Shown piece by piece: positions 46,799-58,183 of a stretch of 64,000 bases of DNA. A program made the position numbers and the translations under genes. The DNA comes from Methylococcales bacterium. Lineage in GTDB: Bacteria; Pseudomonadota; Gammaproteobacteria; Methylococcales; UBA1147. The notes under the pieces were generated by a model that made no database searches, had not been told where the DNA came from, and saw only the letters and a list, made by a program, of their open reading frames with translations. The number at the start of each line of letters is the position of its first letter. The first letter of the stretch is position 1. Location of the stretch: positions 1,551-65,550 of the forward strand of contig JBGTCG010000275.1 of NCBI GenBank assembly GCA_041748915.1, given 5' to 3'.

Positions 46799-47511
46799 AG
46801 GAGCCTGAAACGATGCGGCAACATATTTCCAAGCGGTACGATCAGGAACTAGAAGATATACGGAATAAGGTGCTGACCATGGGCGGCCTGGTTGAGCGCC
46901 AGGTGTCGGAAGCGATTCGCTCCATCATTGATGTCGATTTGGAAGCTGCCGAAGCGGTGGTCCTCAACGACGTGAAGGTTAACGCACTGGAAGTCGCCAT
47001 AGATGAAGAATGCACCCACATCCTGGCGAGAAGACAGCCCGCGGCAACGGATCTAAGGCTGGTCATTGCGGTGATCAAAACGATTACCGACCTTGAGCGA
47101 ATCGGTGACGAAGCGAAGCGGATAGCCCGGCAGCGGATCGATATGGATGGTCAATCCGTAAAGCAGAAGCAGTTTACCGAATTCGAACATTTCGGACAGC
47201 ATGTTCTGGAGATGCTCGGTGAAGCATTGGACGCCTTCGCGCGCCTCGACGTGAAGCTTGCACTGGCGGTTGCCCATGAAGATAAGAAGGTCGACCGCGA
47301 GTACGACAGTATCATGCGGCAGCAAATGACCTATTTGATGGAGAGCCCGCGCATGATTCCGGTTTCGCTGGATATCATGTGGGCTGCGAGGGCTCTGGAA
47401 CGCGTTGGCGATCGTTGCCGCAATATCTGTGAGTACGTGATCTACCAGGTAAAAGGCAAGGACATCCGGCATATCAGCCTGGACAGGGTTGAACAAGACC
47501 TGGATTCCTGA
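46795..47511 (+). CDS. phoU: Phosphate signalling complex protein PhoU
   Basis: Two PhoU repeats (DxxxD/ERIGD motifs: [27 protein letters not shown]). ATGA overlap with pstB. Confidence 0.9.
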   Translation: MKEPETMRQHISKRYDQELEDIRNKVLTMGGLVERQVSEAIRSIIDVDLEAAEAVVLNDVKVNALEVAIDEECTHILARRQPAATDLRLVIAVIKTITDLERIGDEAKRIARQRIDMDGQSVKQKQFTEFEHFGQHVLEMLGEALDAFARLDVKLALAVAHEDKKVDREYDSIMRQQMTYLMESPRMIPVSLDIMWAARALERVGDRCRNICEYVIYQVKGKDIRHISLDRVEQDLDS

Positions 47512-47819
47512 TTTTTTCTGACTGCTTTGCCGACAGTTATTCCGGCTCGGATTCGTCAGCACATTTCCGGTTCATCATGCTTGCGGTTGATCGAAAAGCA
47601 GTCCGGTTAACCAGGCCTAAACTTTGCCCGGATCACCAGATCGGATGGTCGGCGAATCGATCGCGAAAACCCAAGGCGACGGCATTCAGCCGGATTGAAT
47701 CTTCATAATTTCAATGCTGCGTTACCCCAGATTGCTGGTAAGCAATTTGAGGTTGAGTGGGGAAAGTTATTTCCCTATACTCCCGGCGGATTCTGCGCCT
47801 AAAAGTTGCCGGCTCACCA

Positions 47820-50150
47820 ATGGTTTTCGTCTATAAAAAGAAACTAGTCCTGATATTGCTGTTATTTTTTCTACGGCAAGCGATGGCGGTGGAAAGTTTT
47901 ATCGTCGAGGATATTCGCGTTGAGGGCTTGCAGCGAATTTCAGAAGGCACCGTTTTCAACTATCTGCCGGTACAGGTCGGAGAACGTTTCGATCTGAACC
48001 GTTCGGCGGACGCCATTCGCGCATTATTTAAGACCGGTTTTTTCAAAGACATTCAATTAAGCCGTGTGGGGAATGTGCTGATTGTTACTGTATCCGAACG
48101 GCCCGCTATCGCCAGTATTGAACTCAAAGGGAACAAGGATCTGAAATCGGAAGATTTATTGAATGCTTTAAAGGATATCGGTTTGAAGGAAGGACAGGTT
48201 TTCAATCGACAGACCCTGGATAAAGTTGAACAAGAATTGCAGCGCCAGTATTTTAGCCGCGGCAAATACGGCGTTAAGATTCAATCCTCGGTGACGCAGT
48301 TATCCAGAAACCGGGTGGCCATCGAGATCAACATCTCCGAGGGTACGGTTGCGAGAATTCAGCAGATCAACATTGTCGGAAATCAGGTCTTCGAGGAGGA
48401 CGAATTGCTCAAGGAGTTCGAGTTGAGTACATCGGATTTACTGTCTTTTTATACGAAGAACGATCAATATTCGAAACAGAAACTTTCGGCGGACCTCGAG
48501 CGGCTACGCTCCTATTATCTGGACCGGGGTCATATCAATTTCACGATCGAATCGACTCAGGTTTCCATTACGCCGGACAAGAAGGAAATTTATATTACCG
48601 TGAATATCAAGGAAGGTCCGGTGTTTACGCTGGATGAAGTCCGGCTTGCCGGGAATCTGGTTGTCGATCCCGACGAGTTGATTCCGTTGGTGCAAACCAA
48701 TCCGGGCGATATCTTTTCCAGAAAACTCGCTACCGAGACTTCCAAGGCGATCAGCGAAAGACTCGGTGACGACGGTTATGCTTTCGCGAATGTCAACATG
48801 GTGCCTGATATCGATGCCGAAAACCGGACTGTTGATCTGACCTTTTTCGTCGATCCTGGCAAGCGGGTCTATGTGCGCCGAATCAATATCAAGGGAAACA
48901 CCAAAACCCGCGATGAAGTCATCAGGCGGGAACTTCGACAGATGGAATCCGCGTGGTCGTCGACCGCCAAAATAGAACGTTCGAAAACGCGATTGGAACG
49001 GCTTGGATATTTTGAGCAAGTGAATGTTGAAACCCCAGCGGTTCCGGGGACCTCGGATCAGATCGATGTGGAATATTCGGTCGAGGAAAAATCGGCCGGC
49101 AACCTTTCCGCAGGGGTAGGATTTTCCCAGACCCAGGGCTTGATTTTCAATGCCAGCGTGACTCAGGAAAATGTCTTGGGGACCGGTAAACGGATTAATT
49201 TTACCTTTAACAATAGCAATGTCACGACGATTTATCGGGTTGGCTATTTGAATCCATATTTTACTTTGGACGGAATCAGCCTCGGTTACGACGTCAGCTA
49301 CATCGCGACCAACGGCACACAGGCCAACGTGTCGCGTTATGCTACGGATGAGTTTCGCTCGGGTGTCAATTTGGGAGTCCCGCTCAACGAATTTGACCGG
49401 TTAAGCATGAATCTGGACTTTAGATTCACCAAGATCAACACCTTCATCAATACACCTTGCCAAATCAAAAGCAGCTTCCCGGACGGAACTCGGAATCCTT
49501 TTTGTGGCGACACGATTGGATTCGTAGACCAAAACGGCGATAGCTTTACATCCTTTCCGATTTCGATCGGGTGGTCGCACGATTCGAGAGACAAGGCCAT
49601 TTTTGCGACCGAAGGCGGAATTCAATCCTTGCAGGCGTTGGCGACCATTCCCGGACTGAACCTGGAGTATTACAAGATTAGCTACCGCTTAAAATATTTT
49701 TTTCCGATTTCGAGTGACTTCACGTTGGCATTGAGCGGTGATCTGGGTTACGGTGACGGCTATGGAAGAACTAACGGGTTACCGTTTTTCGAGAATTATT
49801 TCGCCGGTGGTGTTCAATCCGTCCGGGGATTCCAGGATAATACGCTGGGCCCAAGAGATTCCAACCGAGATCCTTTCGGTGGAAACACCAAGTTGGTTGG
49901 CAGCGCCGAATTGTATTTCCCGATACCATTCGCAGGTGAACTGAAATCGGTTCGTCTTTCCGGATTTGTTGATGCAGGTAACGTTTTTGCTAATAGCATT
50001 TCATTGAGTGGCCTCAGATTCTCTGCAGGACTCGCAGTCGAATGGCTATCGCCGTTCGGAGCCCTCAAAGTGAGTGTCGCCGAACCCTTTGGTCAAGAAA
50101 CGGGCGATCGAATCCAACGGTTCCAGTTTTCATTCGGTTCGGGCTTTTGA
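47820..50150 (+). CDS. bamA: Outer membrane protein assembly factor BamA
   Basis: Signal peptide, five POTRA-like repeats, a C-terminal beta-barrel and the terminal FSFGSGF. The start was chosen at ATG 47820. Confidence 0.95.
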   Translation: MVFVYKKKLVLILLLFFLRQAMAVESFIVEDIRVEGLQRISEGTVFNYLPVQVGERFDLNRSADAIRALFKTGFFKDIQLSRVGNVLIVTVSERPAIASIELKGNKDLKSEDLLNALKDIGLKEGQVFNRQTLDKVEQELQRQYFSRGKYGVKIQSSVTQLSRNRVAIEINISEGTVARIQQINIVGNQVFEEDELLKEFELSTSDLLSFYTKNDQYSKQKLSADLERLRSYYLDRGHINFTIESTQVSITPDKKEIYITVNIKEGPVFTLDEVRLAGNLVVDPDELIPLVQTNPGDIFSRKLATETSKAISERLGDDGYAFANVNMVPDIDAENRTVDLTFFVDPGKRVYVRRINIKGNTKTRDEVIRRELRQMESAWSSTAKIERSKTRLERLGYFEQVNVETPAVPGTSDQIDVEYSVEEKSAGNLSAGVGFSQTQGLIFNASVTQENVLGTGKRINFTFNNSNVTTIYRVGYLNPYFTLDGISLGYDVSYIATNGTQANVSRYATDEFRSGVNLGVPLNEFDRLSMNLDFRFTKINTFINTPCQIKSSFPDGTRNPFCGDTIGFVDQNGDSFTSFPISIGWSHDSRDKAIFATEGGIQSLQALATIPGLNLEYYKISYRLKYFFPISSDFTLALSGDLGYGDGYGRTNGLPFFENYFAGGVQSVRGFQDNTLGPRDSNRDPFGGNTKLVGSAELYFPIPFAGELKSVRLSGFVDAGNVFANSISLSGLRFSAGLAVEWLSPFGALKVSVAEPFGQETGDRIQRFQFSFGSGF

Positions 50151-50262
50151 CGAATCGCGACCCCGAACGTCGTCTATGGCGCTTGCGCGCAGAGTCGCTG
50201 CGAAATGTTCCTGCTTTGGTGTAAATTGAAAAACTTTATTACATTAGTTTGGAGTTGAGACG

Positions 50263-50763
50263 ATGTTAAAAAAATACCTGATTTACCCGCTGATTGGTAC
50301 ATTGTTATCGACTTCCGCCGCAATGGCCGAATTGAAAATTGGATATATCGATTACGCTCGGGTGCTTGCAGAATCACGGCAGGCGGAACACGCTGAAAAA
50401 GAAATGGAAAGCGAATTTTCCCCGCGGAAGAATCGGCTCAACGCATCGAGGGACGATATTCAGCGAATGCAAGACAAACTAAACCGGGATGCTGCGGTGA
50501 TGAGCGAGACGGAACGGAATAAATTGCAAAACGATATCGTAAAGAAAGCGCGGGAACTAAAACGGACCGAGAATGAATTGCTGGAAGACTTTAATATTCG
50601 CCGCAATGAGATTGCTGTTGGTCTGAATAAACAGATTGGCCAGGCGATTAATGAAATGGCGAAAGAGGGCGGATATGACCTGGTCCTCACTGGCGGAGTC
50701 GGCTATGTCAGTGACGCGGTCGACGTGACGGCAAAAGTCCAGGAAATCCTGAAGAAATATTGA
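50263..50763 (+). CDS. skp: Periplasmic chaperone Skp (OmpH family)
   Basis: 166 aa with a signal peptide. A coiled, Lys/Glu-rich OmpH-like sequence immediately downstream of bamA. Confidence 0.85.
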   Translation: MLKKYLIYPLIGTLLSTSAAMAELKIGYIDYARVLAESRQAEHAEKEMESEFSPRKNRLNASRDDIQRMQDKLNRDAAVMSETERNKLQNDIVKKARELKRTENELLEDFNIRRNEIAVGLNKQIGQAINEMAKEGGYDLVLTGGVGYVSDAVDVTAKVQEILKKY

Positions 50764-50821
50764 TCGTCGAGTCGGTCATTGGGTTCATGAATCCTATCAT
50801 GTAAACAAATATAGGAAGGAT

Positions 50822-51265
50822 ATGATTGACATACAGAAGATAAGGGACTATTTGCCGCACCGGTACCCTTTTTTGATGGTCGATCGGGTTGTGGAATGCG
50901 AACCTGGGAAGCGGTTGCTCGCGATAAAGAATGTTACCCATAACGAACCTTATTTCCAGGGCCATTTCCCGCGGCAGCCGATTATGCCTGGAGTGCTGAT
51001 CATGGAGGCGCTTGCACAGGCAACGGGTTTGTTAGCCTCTGAAAGTTTGCCCGACGTTCTGGGCAAGGGCATGACCTACTATCTCGTGGGACTCGATAAG
51101 GCGCGCTTTAAACGGCCCGTTATACCGGGCGACCAGCTAATGCTGGAAGCTGTCTATTTGAGGCACAAGCGTAATATCTGGGCGTTTGCTTGTCGAGCCG
51201 AAGTCGATGGGGAGTTTGTGGCGAGCGCTGAAATCATGTGTGCCGCCGCGGAGCCCGAATCTTGA
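50822..51265 (+). CDS. fabZ: 3-hydroxyacyl-ACP dehydratase FabZ
   Basis: [23 protein letters not shown] and [11 protein letters not shown] motifs. An AGGAAGGA ribosome-binding site is present. Confidence 0.95.
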   Translation: MIDIQKIRDYLPHRYPFLMVDRVVECEPGKRLLAIKNVTHNEPYFQGHFPRQPIMPGVLIMEALAQATGLLASESLPDVLGKGMTYYLVGLDKARFKRPVIPGDQLMLEAVYLRHKRNIWAFACRAEVDGEFVASAEIMCAAAEPES

Positions 51266-52032
51266 TTCATCCGACGGCAGTTATCGATCAAAAAGCAGAC
51301 CTCGCGGAAGGGGTATGCGTCGGGCCTTACACCGTAATTGATGCCGATGTCCGGATCGGGCATGGCACTACGATCGGACCGCACGTCGTTATCCGCGGAC
51401 CGAGCGCGATCGGCGAGTCGAACCGAATCTATCAGTTTGCATCGGTCGGGGAGGATCCGCAGGACAAAAAATATCGGCAAGAAGTAACCTATCTCGAAAT
51501 TGGGGACGGTAATATCATCCGGGAATACTGCACGATCCACCGTGGTACCAGACAGGATAAAGGCATTACCCGTGTTGGAAGCCACAACCTGTTGATGGCT
51601 TATGTCCATGTCGCGCATGATTGTGTAATCGGAAATAATGTCGTGATGGCGAATGGCGCGTCGCTGGCAGGCCATGTGTACTTGGATGACTTTGCGATTT
51701 TGGGCGGGTTTACGTTGGTCCATCAGTTCAGTCGCATTGGGAAATACAGTTTTTCCGCGATGGGCAGTTCCATATCCAGGGATGTTCCACCCTATGTGAT
51801 GGTCGGAGGCAGGCCAACCAAACCCTACGGAATTAATTCGGTCGGACTCGAGCGGATGGGCTTCAAAGCCGAGGCGATCCGGGAAATCCGGAGAGCGTAT
51901 AAAACCATTTATAAAGCCGGACTCCGTTTAGAAGAAGCGACCCAAGTTCTCGAAGCGATGACTGCGGATACACCCGAAATCGGCTGTCTGGCGGAATTTA
52001 TCCAAAAATCCGGACGGGGCATTTTGCGATGA
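51262..52032 (+). CDS. lpxA: Acyl-ACP--UDP-N-acetylglucosamine O-acyltransferase LpxA
   Basis: Left-handed beta-helix hexapeptide repeats. Starts [14 protein letters not shown] from TTG 51262, which overlaps the fabZ stop. C-terminal helical domain. Confidence 0.9.
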   Translation: MIHPTAVIDQKADLAEGVCVGPYTVIDADVRIGHGTTIGPHVVIRGPSAIGESNRIYQFASVGEDPQDKKYRQEVTYLEIGDGNIIREYCTIHRGTRQDKGITRVGSHNLLMAYVHVAHDCVIGNNVVMANGASLAGHVYLDDFAILGGFTLVHQFSRIGKYSFSAMGSSISRDVPPYVMVGGRPTKPYGINSVGLERMGFKAEAIREIRRAYKTIYKAGLRLEEATQVLEAMTADTPEIGCLAEFIQKSGRGILR

Positions 52033-52281
52033 TGCGGCATCGTCGGATAGGTTGCGGCAACCGGACGAACGACGATAAAATGTCTACTGCCTTGGCATCG
52101 TCCTTCGATTCTCGGCGCACACGTAGGGAAGCGCTGAAATTTGATGTGGGATGAATACAAGTTTAAAGGGCGTCATTTAGAATTCCCAGGCGGTCAGGGG
52201 GCGGTCGTTCAACGGGTGGTTTTATTTGCGCGAGGCGTATAAGACGTAATCTCCTTAACCAATGTATTTGCGTATTGATCC

Positions 52282-52917
52282 GTGATTCATTGTCTAATCG
52301 CGGGTGTCGACGAAGTCGGGCGGGGATGTCTCGCGGGTCCGGTCGTCGCGTCTGCAGTGGTACTGAACCCCGCAAAACCGGTAAACGGCTTGGCTGATTC
52401 CAAGTCTCTTTCAGCGGCGCGGCGATCTCAACTTGCCGTCGAAATCCGCGAGAAATCATTGTACTGGGCTTTTGGCAGGGCGGAGCCCAGCGAGATCGAT
52501 CGATTCAATATCCTTCGGGCTTCACTGCTCGCGATGGCCAGAGCGATCCGATGCTCCCTTGCCGGCGTCCCGTCGGTATGGGTACGAGTGGACGGCAATT
52601 ATTTTCCGGATATTGGCTTCGCCGGCGAGGCGGTGGTTCACGGAGACCGTTCAGTCGCCGAAATTTCCGCCGCATCGATACTCGCCAAAGTCTACCGGGA
52701 TAACGAAATGCTGCTTCTCGATCGGATCTGTCCGGGATATGGTTTCAACAACAATAAAGGATATGCGACCCCAGAACACCTCGACGGTCTTCGGGCCTTG
52801 GGCTCGACCCGCTTTCACCGCCGCAGTTTCGGTCCGGTCAGGGATCTGCTACCGGCCGGAGGTTTGCCGATGAGTGGATCCGGGGACGCAGTTCCCGGTT
52901 ATGATAATCTTTGGTGA
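52282..52917 (+). CDS. rnhB: Ribonuclease HII
   Basis: GTG start. IAGVDEVGRGCLAGPVV and DSKSLS motifs. Confidence 0.9.
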   Translation: MIHCLIAGVDEVGRGCLAGPVVASAVVLNPAKPVNGLADSKSLSAARRSQLAVEIREKSLYWAFGRAEPSEIDRFNILRASLLAMARAIRCSLAGVPSVWVRVDGNYFPDIGFAGEAVVHGDRSVAEISAASILAKVYRDNEMLLLDRICPGYGFNNNKGYATPEHLDGLRALGSTRFHRRSFGPVRDLLPAGGLPMSGSGDAVPGYDNLW

Positions 52918-52933
52918 TGCCATCGAAGTTTCC

Positions 52934-55900
52934 ATGAAGGAACCGCGTTTCATTCACCTGCGCGTCCATTCCGAATATTCGCTGGTCGACGGGATTGTAC
53001 GCATCAAAGCGCTGGTGAACAAAGTGAAAGAGTTCGGAATGCCTGCGGTCGGCATAACCGATCAGTCCAACCTATTCGGCATGGTCAAGTTTTACCGGGC
53101 CGCGTTGTCAAAAGGTATCAAGCCGATCGTGGGAAGTGATGTTTTGGTTTTTAACCCGCGGAATCCGGGTGCTTCATTCAAAATGACCTTGCTATGCCAG
53201 AACCGTTCCGGATATCTGGCGTTAACCGAATTAATCTCGAAGGCCTACCTGGAAGGACAGCACCAGGGCGTACCGATGCTTTCGGTGGATTGGATCAGAC
53301 AGCATAACGGCGGTTTGATCGCGCTTTCCGGGGGAAGCGCCGGTGAAATCGGAAATAGTTTATTGGGCTCCAGGCCCGCGGATGCCGAGGCTTCCCTCGA
53401 AACCTGGCTGGATATCTTCGACAATCGCTTTTATATCGAGCTGCAGCGCACCGAACGGGCCGACGAAGAACAATATATCCATAAAGCGATCGAACTCGCT
53501 TTGAAATTCGCCAGTCCGGTGGTGGCGACCAACGACGTTCGCTTTTTGAATCGTGACGATTTTCGTGCCCACGAGGCGAGGGTCTGCATCCATCAAGGGC
53601 GGGTACTCGACGATCCGAGAAGGCCACGGGAATACAGCGAATGGCAGTATTTCAGAAGCCAGGACGAGATGACCGAACTCTTTTCCGATATTCCGGAAGC
53701 ATTGAGCAACTCGGTCGAGATTGCGCGCCGCTGTAGCCTTGGCCTGGAACTCGGAAAAAAGTACCTGCCTGATTTTCCGGTTCCGGCCGGTATCAGCGCG
53801 GAGAACTATTTCATTCGACTGGCCAGGCAGGGGCTATGCGACCGCTTGGACGTACATCCGCCGATTGGCGCCGCTTCGGAGCAGGAAAACCGGGAGATTT
53901 ATCAGACGCGTTTACAGCGTGAAATTGACGTCATTCTGCAGATGGGCTTCCCGGGCTACTTCCTGATTGTGGCTGATTTTATTCAATGGGCAAAGAAAAA
54001 CGCGGTTCCGGTTGGCCCGGGACGCGGGTCCGGAGCAGGCTCTTTGGTCGCCTATGCGCTCGGGATTACGGATCTGGACCCGATCGAATTCGACCTTCTT
54101 TTCGAGCGGTTTTTAAATCCGGAGCGCGTGTCCATGCCCGATTTCGATGTCGATTTTTGTATGGAAGGACGGGATCGGGTGATCGAATACGTAGCCGAAA
54201 AATATGGGCGGGAACGGGTGTCGCAGATTATTACCTATGGAAGTATGGCGGCTCGCGCGGTGGTTCGTGATGTCGGCCGGGTCCTCGGTTATTCCTATGG
54301 CTTTGTCGATTACCTCGCCAAGCTGATTCCATTCGAATTGGGAATGACGCTTGACAAAGCGCTGTCGGGCAGCGAAGAACTTGGGCAAAAATATCAGGAT
54401 GATGAAGACACCCGGGAGTTGATCGACCTCGCGCGGTCGCTGGAAGGGATTTCGCGGAACGCCGGTAAACACGCGGGCGGAGTCGTGATTGCCCCTTCCC
54501 GCTTAATCGAATTTACTCCGTTGTACTGTGAGCAGGGCGGCGCCAATCTGGTTACGCAATTCGATAAGGACGACGTGGAATCCATCGGGCTCGTGAAGTT
54601 CGATTTCCTCGGGCTCAGAACGCTGACCATCATCGATTGGGCGGTCGGCGCGATTAATGCCCGCTTGCGCTCCGCAGCAAAAACACCGATCGATATCGGT
54701 CAGATCCCGCGGGATGATCCGGCCAGTTACCAATTGTTGAAGGGATGCTCGACTACCGCAGTCTTTCAGCTTGAATCGCGGGGAATGAAAGACTTGATCC
54801 GGCGCCTTCAGCCAGATTGTTTCGAGGATATCATTGCGCTGGTCGCCCTGTTCCGGCCAGGTCCGCTCCAGTCCGGAATGGTCGACGATTACATCAATGT
54901 CAAGCATGGCCGCCAAACCTCCGAATATGCACATCCCTGGCTCGAGCCGATCCTGAAGCCAACCAACGGCGTGGTCCTCTATCAGGAACAGGTGATGGAA
55001 ATCGCCCGGAGCCTGGCCGGTTATACCCTGGGTGGCGCGGATCTCTTGCGCCGTGCGATGGGCAAAAAAAAGCCCGAGGAAATGGCGAAACAGCGGGAAA
55101 TTTTTACTACGGGAGCGGTTAGTAACGGAATAGAAGAGTTCACAGCCAACTATATTTTCGACCTGATGGAAAAATTTGCGGGCTATGGCTTCAACAAATC
55201 ACACTCAGCCGCCTACGCATTGGTCGCCTATCAAACCGCCTGGCTGAAGGCCCATTATCCCGCCGAATTCATGGCCGCCGTGCTTTCGTCCGATATGGAT
55301 AACACCGATAAGATCGTAATTTTGATCGAAGAATGCCGGTCCATGAAGCTGGAGATCCTTCCCCCGGACATCAATCGATCCGAATGCCGGTTTTCGGTAC
55401 CCGGCGAACGAACGATTCTTTATGGCCTGGGCGCGATCAAGGGAGTCGGTGAAAGCGCCATCGAAGCCATTATGCACGAACGAAACTCCGGCGGCCAATA
55501 CCGCGATCTTTTCGATTTTTGCAGACGTCTGGATCCAAATAAAGTAAATAAAAGGATCGTGGAAGCATTCATTCGCTCGGGCGCGATGGATTCGCTCGAC
55601 AAGAACCGGGCGCATTATTTAAGGCGTCTCCCGACAGCCATGAAAATGGCAGAGCAGCAGGGACGCATGGAGCAGTCCGGACAGGGTGACCTGTTTGGAC
55701 TGGGCTCGATACGGCAATTCGACACAGCGGAAAATGCGGATCCCGATGACAACGAACCCTGGACGGAAAGCCGGATGCTCAGTGACGAGAAAGCTACCCT
55801 CGGGCTTTATCTGAGCGGCCACCCGATTACCCGCTATGAAAACGAACTGTCGTCGTTTACGAGCGGCCGCATCGGCGCGTTACTTTCCGATCCAAACCGA

Positions 55901-56443
55901 TGGACCGATCGGGGCCGGATCCGAATTGCGGGGCTGATCATGGATTTTCGCACGCGAGAATCGAAGCACGGCAAAAAAATGGCTTTTGCGACGCTGGACG
56001 ACCGCAGCGGAAGAATCGAGATCGCGGTTTTCAGCGAAGTCTATGCTAATGGCCGGGAGCTTCTTTCCAAAGATGTCATTCTGGTCGCGGAAGGAACGTT
56101 GAATATCGACGATTTTTCCGGTTCGCCCCGACTGACCGTTGAAAGCCTCTATAGCCTGGAACAGGCGCGTGAAGCCTTCGCGAGCAATCTGCTGATTCAA
56201 TGGCGATGCGATGGAATTACACCTCCCGGACCTATGGATACGAACTTCGTAAACGACCTGATGCGGGTAATCAATCCGTTTCGCGGCGGCAAGTGTCCGG
56301 TATGTATCGAGTATTATACAGACGAGGCAAAGACACGAATCCAGTTCGGTGATCCCTGGAAAGTGCGTCCGACCGATGAATTACTAAATCGCCTGCAAGA
56401 TCGGCTTGGGCAAAACTGCGTGCGATTGAATTATTCCGCGTGA
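52934..56443 (+). CDS. dnaE: DNA polymerase III alpha subunit DnaE
   Basis: The start MKEPRFIHLRVHSEYSLVDG opens a PHP domain. Polymerase core (GRGSGAGSLVAYALGITDLDP, FDFLGLRTLT) and an OB fold. 1169 aa. Confidence 0.97.
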   Translation: MKEPRFIHLRVHSEYSLVDGIVRIKALVNKVKEFGMPAVGITDQSNLFGMVKFYRAALSKGIKPIVGSDVLVFNPRNPGASFKMTLLCQNRSGYLALTELISKAYLEGQHQGVPMLSVDWIRQHNGGLIALSGGSAGEIGNSLLGSRPADAEASLETWLDIFDNRFYIELQRTERADEEQYIHKAIELALKFASPVVATNDVRFLNRDDFRAHEARVCIHQGRVLDDPRRPREYSEWQYFRSQDEMTELFSDIPEALSNSVEIARRCSLGLELGKKYLPDFPVPAGISAENYFIRLARQGLCDRLDVHPPIGAASEQENREIYQTRLQREIDVILQMGFPGYFLIVADFIQWAKKNAVPVGPGRGSGAGSLVAYALGITDLDPIEFDLLFERFLNPERVSMPDFDVDFCMEGRDRVIEYVAEKYGRERVSQIITYGSMAARAVVRDVGRVLGYSYGFVDYLAKLIPFELGMTLDKALSGSEELGQKYQDDEDTRELIDLARSLEGISRNAGKHAGGVVIAPSRLIEFTPLYCEQGGANLVTQFDKDDVESIGLVKFDFLGLRTLTIIDWAVGAINARLRSAAKTPIDIGQIPRDDPASYQLLKGCSTTAVFQLESRGMKDLIRRLQPDCFEDIIALVALFRPGPLQSGMVDDYINVKHGRQTSEYAHPWLEPILKPTNGVVLYQEQVMEIARSLAGYTLGGADLLRRAMGKKKPEEMAKQREIFTTGAVSNGIEEFTANYIFDLMEKFAGYGFNKSHSAAYALVAYQTAWLKAHYPAEFMAAVLSSDMDNTDKIVILIEECRSMKLEILPPDINRSECRFSVPGERTILYGLGAIKGVGESAIEAIMHERNSGGQYRDLFDFCRRLDPNKVNKRIVEAFIRSGAMDSLDKNRAHYLRRLPTAMKMAEQQGRMEQSGQGDLFGLGSIRQFDTAENADPDDNEPWTESRMLSDEKATLGLYLSGHPITRYENELSSFTSGRIGALLSDPNRWTDRGRIRIAGLIMDFRTRESKHGKKMAFATLDDRSGRIEIAVFSEVYANGRELLSKDVILVAEGTLNIDDFSGSPRLTVESLYSLEQAREAFASNLLIQWRCDGITPPGPMDTNFVNDLMRVINPFRGGKCPVCIEYYTDEAKTRIQFGDPWKVRPTDELLNRLQDRLGQNCVRLNYSA

Positions 56444-56605
56444 TGAATAGAGTGATATTATAAAGTGTTCCGACAACAATCGTACCCTGTTACCCGGTCA
56501 CGGATTTGGAGCGGGAATTAATAAACGTATTTATTATCTGACTCCGGTTTGGATCCGAGGATTTTTCCCGTTTCCGTCAGATTACGTTCGGGTGGTCTTT
56601 CCTGA

Positions 56606-57418
56606 ATGATGAAGGTTGTGCTCGGACTTGAATATGACGGCCGGGATTTTTGCGGATGGCAATGGCAGCCGAATTGCCGTTCCGTGCAGAAGACACTGGA
56701 GAATGCGCTTTCCTTTGTCGCTGACGAGCCGGTTTCTGCAGTTTGCGCCGGACGGACCGATGCCGGTGTTCATGCCCTTGGCCAGGTGGTACACTTCGAA
56801 GCCCGGGCGGAGCGGGCGGTGCATTCGTGGATTATGGGTGGCAACAGCCGCTTACCCCCGAGTATTCGAATTGTGTGGGCGCGTCCAGTGGAGCGGAATT
56901 TTCATGCCCGCTCCAGCGCGATCGCGCGTTATTACCGCTATGTGATCCTGAATCGGCCGGTGTATTCGGCCCTTTATCACGGACTGATGACCTGGTGCCA
57001 TCAACCCCTGAATGTGGAGTCGATGATTCAGGCATCGCGAGTGTTCATCGGCGAACATGATTTTACTTCGTTCAGAGCTCAAGCCTGTCAGTCCAACAGC
57101 CCGTGCAGACGCCTTTACCATATCGGTATCCGGAGAGAAGACGAACGGATTGTAATTGATGTTGTCGGTAATGCATTTCTGTATCACATGGTCCGTAATA
57201 TCGCGGGGATCTTAATCGAGATTGGAGCCGGAAAAAAACCACCCGGGTGGACCGAACAGGTGTTAAGGGCGAAGGACCGCAAACAGGCGGGCGTGACAGC
57301 CCCGCCGGATGGACTTTATCTGGCCGGTATTTACTATCCGGAAAATTTCCGGCTGCCCAGGCACCCGATGTTTGATATTCTGCCGGAAGGTGAACGACGA
57401 TATCAGAAGATTAGATAA
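56606..57418 (+). CDS. truA: tRNA pseudouridine(38-40) synthase TruA
   Basis: LGLEYDGRDFCGWQ and the catalytic GRTDAGVHA motif. Confidence 0.9.
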   Translation: MMKVVLGLEYDGRDFCGWQWQPNCRSVQKTLENALSFVADEPVSAVCAGRTDAGVHALGQVVHFEARAERAVHSWIMGGNSRLPPSIRIVWARPVERNFHARSSAIARYYRYVILNRPVYSALYHGLMTWCHQPLNVESMIQASRVFIGEHDFTSFRAQACQSNSPCRRLYHIGIRREDERIVIDVVGNAFLYHMVRNIAGILIEIGAGKKPPGWTEQVLRAKDRKQAGVTAPPDGLYLAGIYYPENFRLPRHPMFDILPEGERRYQKIR

Positions 57419-57508
57419 CGGTCCGACCTGCATTCTAAACTGCTCGTTCTACACCAAGTCAAGTAATCTGAACGGCGATATCCAGAGAATTTCGACCTCG
57501 CAGCGCTA

Positions 57509-58183
57509 ATGAACAATAGTAACGATTTTAAACGTACGCGGGTTAAAATCTGTGGTTTAACCCGAACGGTAGATGCACTGTGCGCGGCGAAGCTCGGGGC
57601 TGACGCGATTGGATTGGTGTTTTACCCGCCCAGTCCACGCGCCGTTTCGGTGGATGTCGCACGGGAGATAGTCACGGGTTTGCCGCCGTTCGTTTCCGTG
57701 GTGGCTCTGTTTGTTGACGAGCGGCCTGAGCGGATTCGTGAAGTGATCGATAGCGTGGCCGTGGATTTGTTACAGTTTCATGGAGAGGAGTCTCCTGAGT
57801 TTTGCAGTTCGTTTTCCGTTCCTTATATCAAGGCGATCCGGATGGACAGGCACGTTGATCTCGGCGATATTGAGCGGCGGTACCGCGCCGCGCGCGGCTT
57901 ATTGCTGGATGCCTGGCATCCCGAGCAGAAAGGCGGAACGGGATTGCAATTCGATTGGACGCAGATCCCGCGGCACTGCCGGATGCCAATCATACTCGCG
58001 GGTGGTTTGAATGTGGAAAATGTCAGCAAAGCGCTGGCGCGGACCCGTCCCTATGCGCTCGACGTAAGCAGCGGTGTCGAGATTGGCAAGGGGATCAAGG
58101 ATCGCGATAGAATGGGTGCATTTCTTAAAGAGGTCCACCGTTTTGATTGTAGAAAAAATGAGTACGGAAACGATTATATTTGA
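57509..58183 (+). CDS. trpF: Phosphoribosylanthranilate isomerase
   Basis: [23 protein letters not shown] and LDVSSGVE motifs. Confidence 0.9.
   Translation: MNNSNDFKRTRVKICGLTRTVDALCAAKLGADAIGLVFYPPSPRAVSVDVAREIVTGLPPFVSVVALFVDERPERIREVIDSVAVDLLQFHGEESPEFCSSFSVPYIKAIRMDRHVDLGDIERRYRAARGLLLDAWHPEQKGGTGLQFDWTQIPRHCRMPIILAGGLNVENVSKALARTRPYALDVSSGVEIGKGIKDRDRMGAFLKEVHRFDCRKNEYGNDYI

Noticed and set aside
52033-52281. A possible lpxB remnant in the lpxA-rnhB gap (41-codon [27 protein letters not shown]...).
   Set aside because: No frame resembles the LpxB N-terminus (…IVAGEASGD…) or any other LpxB block that I can recall. This needs TBLASTN to be sure.
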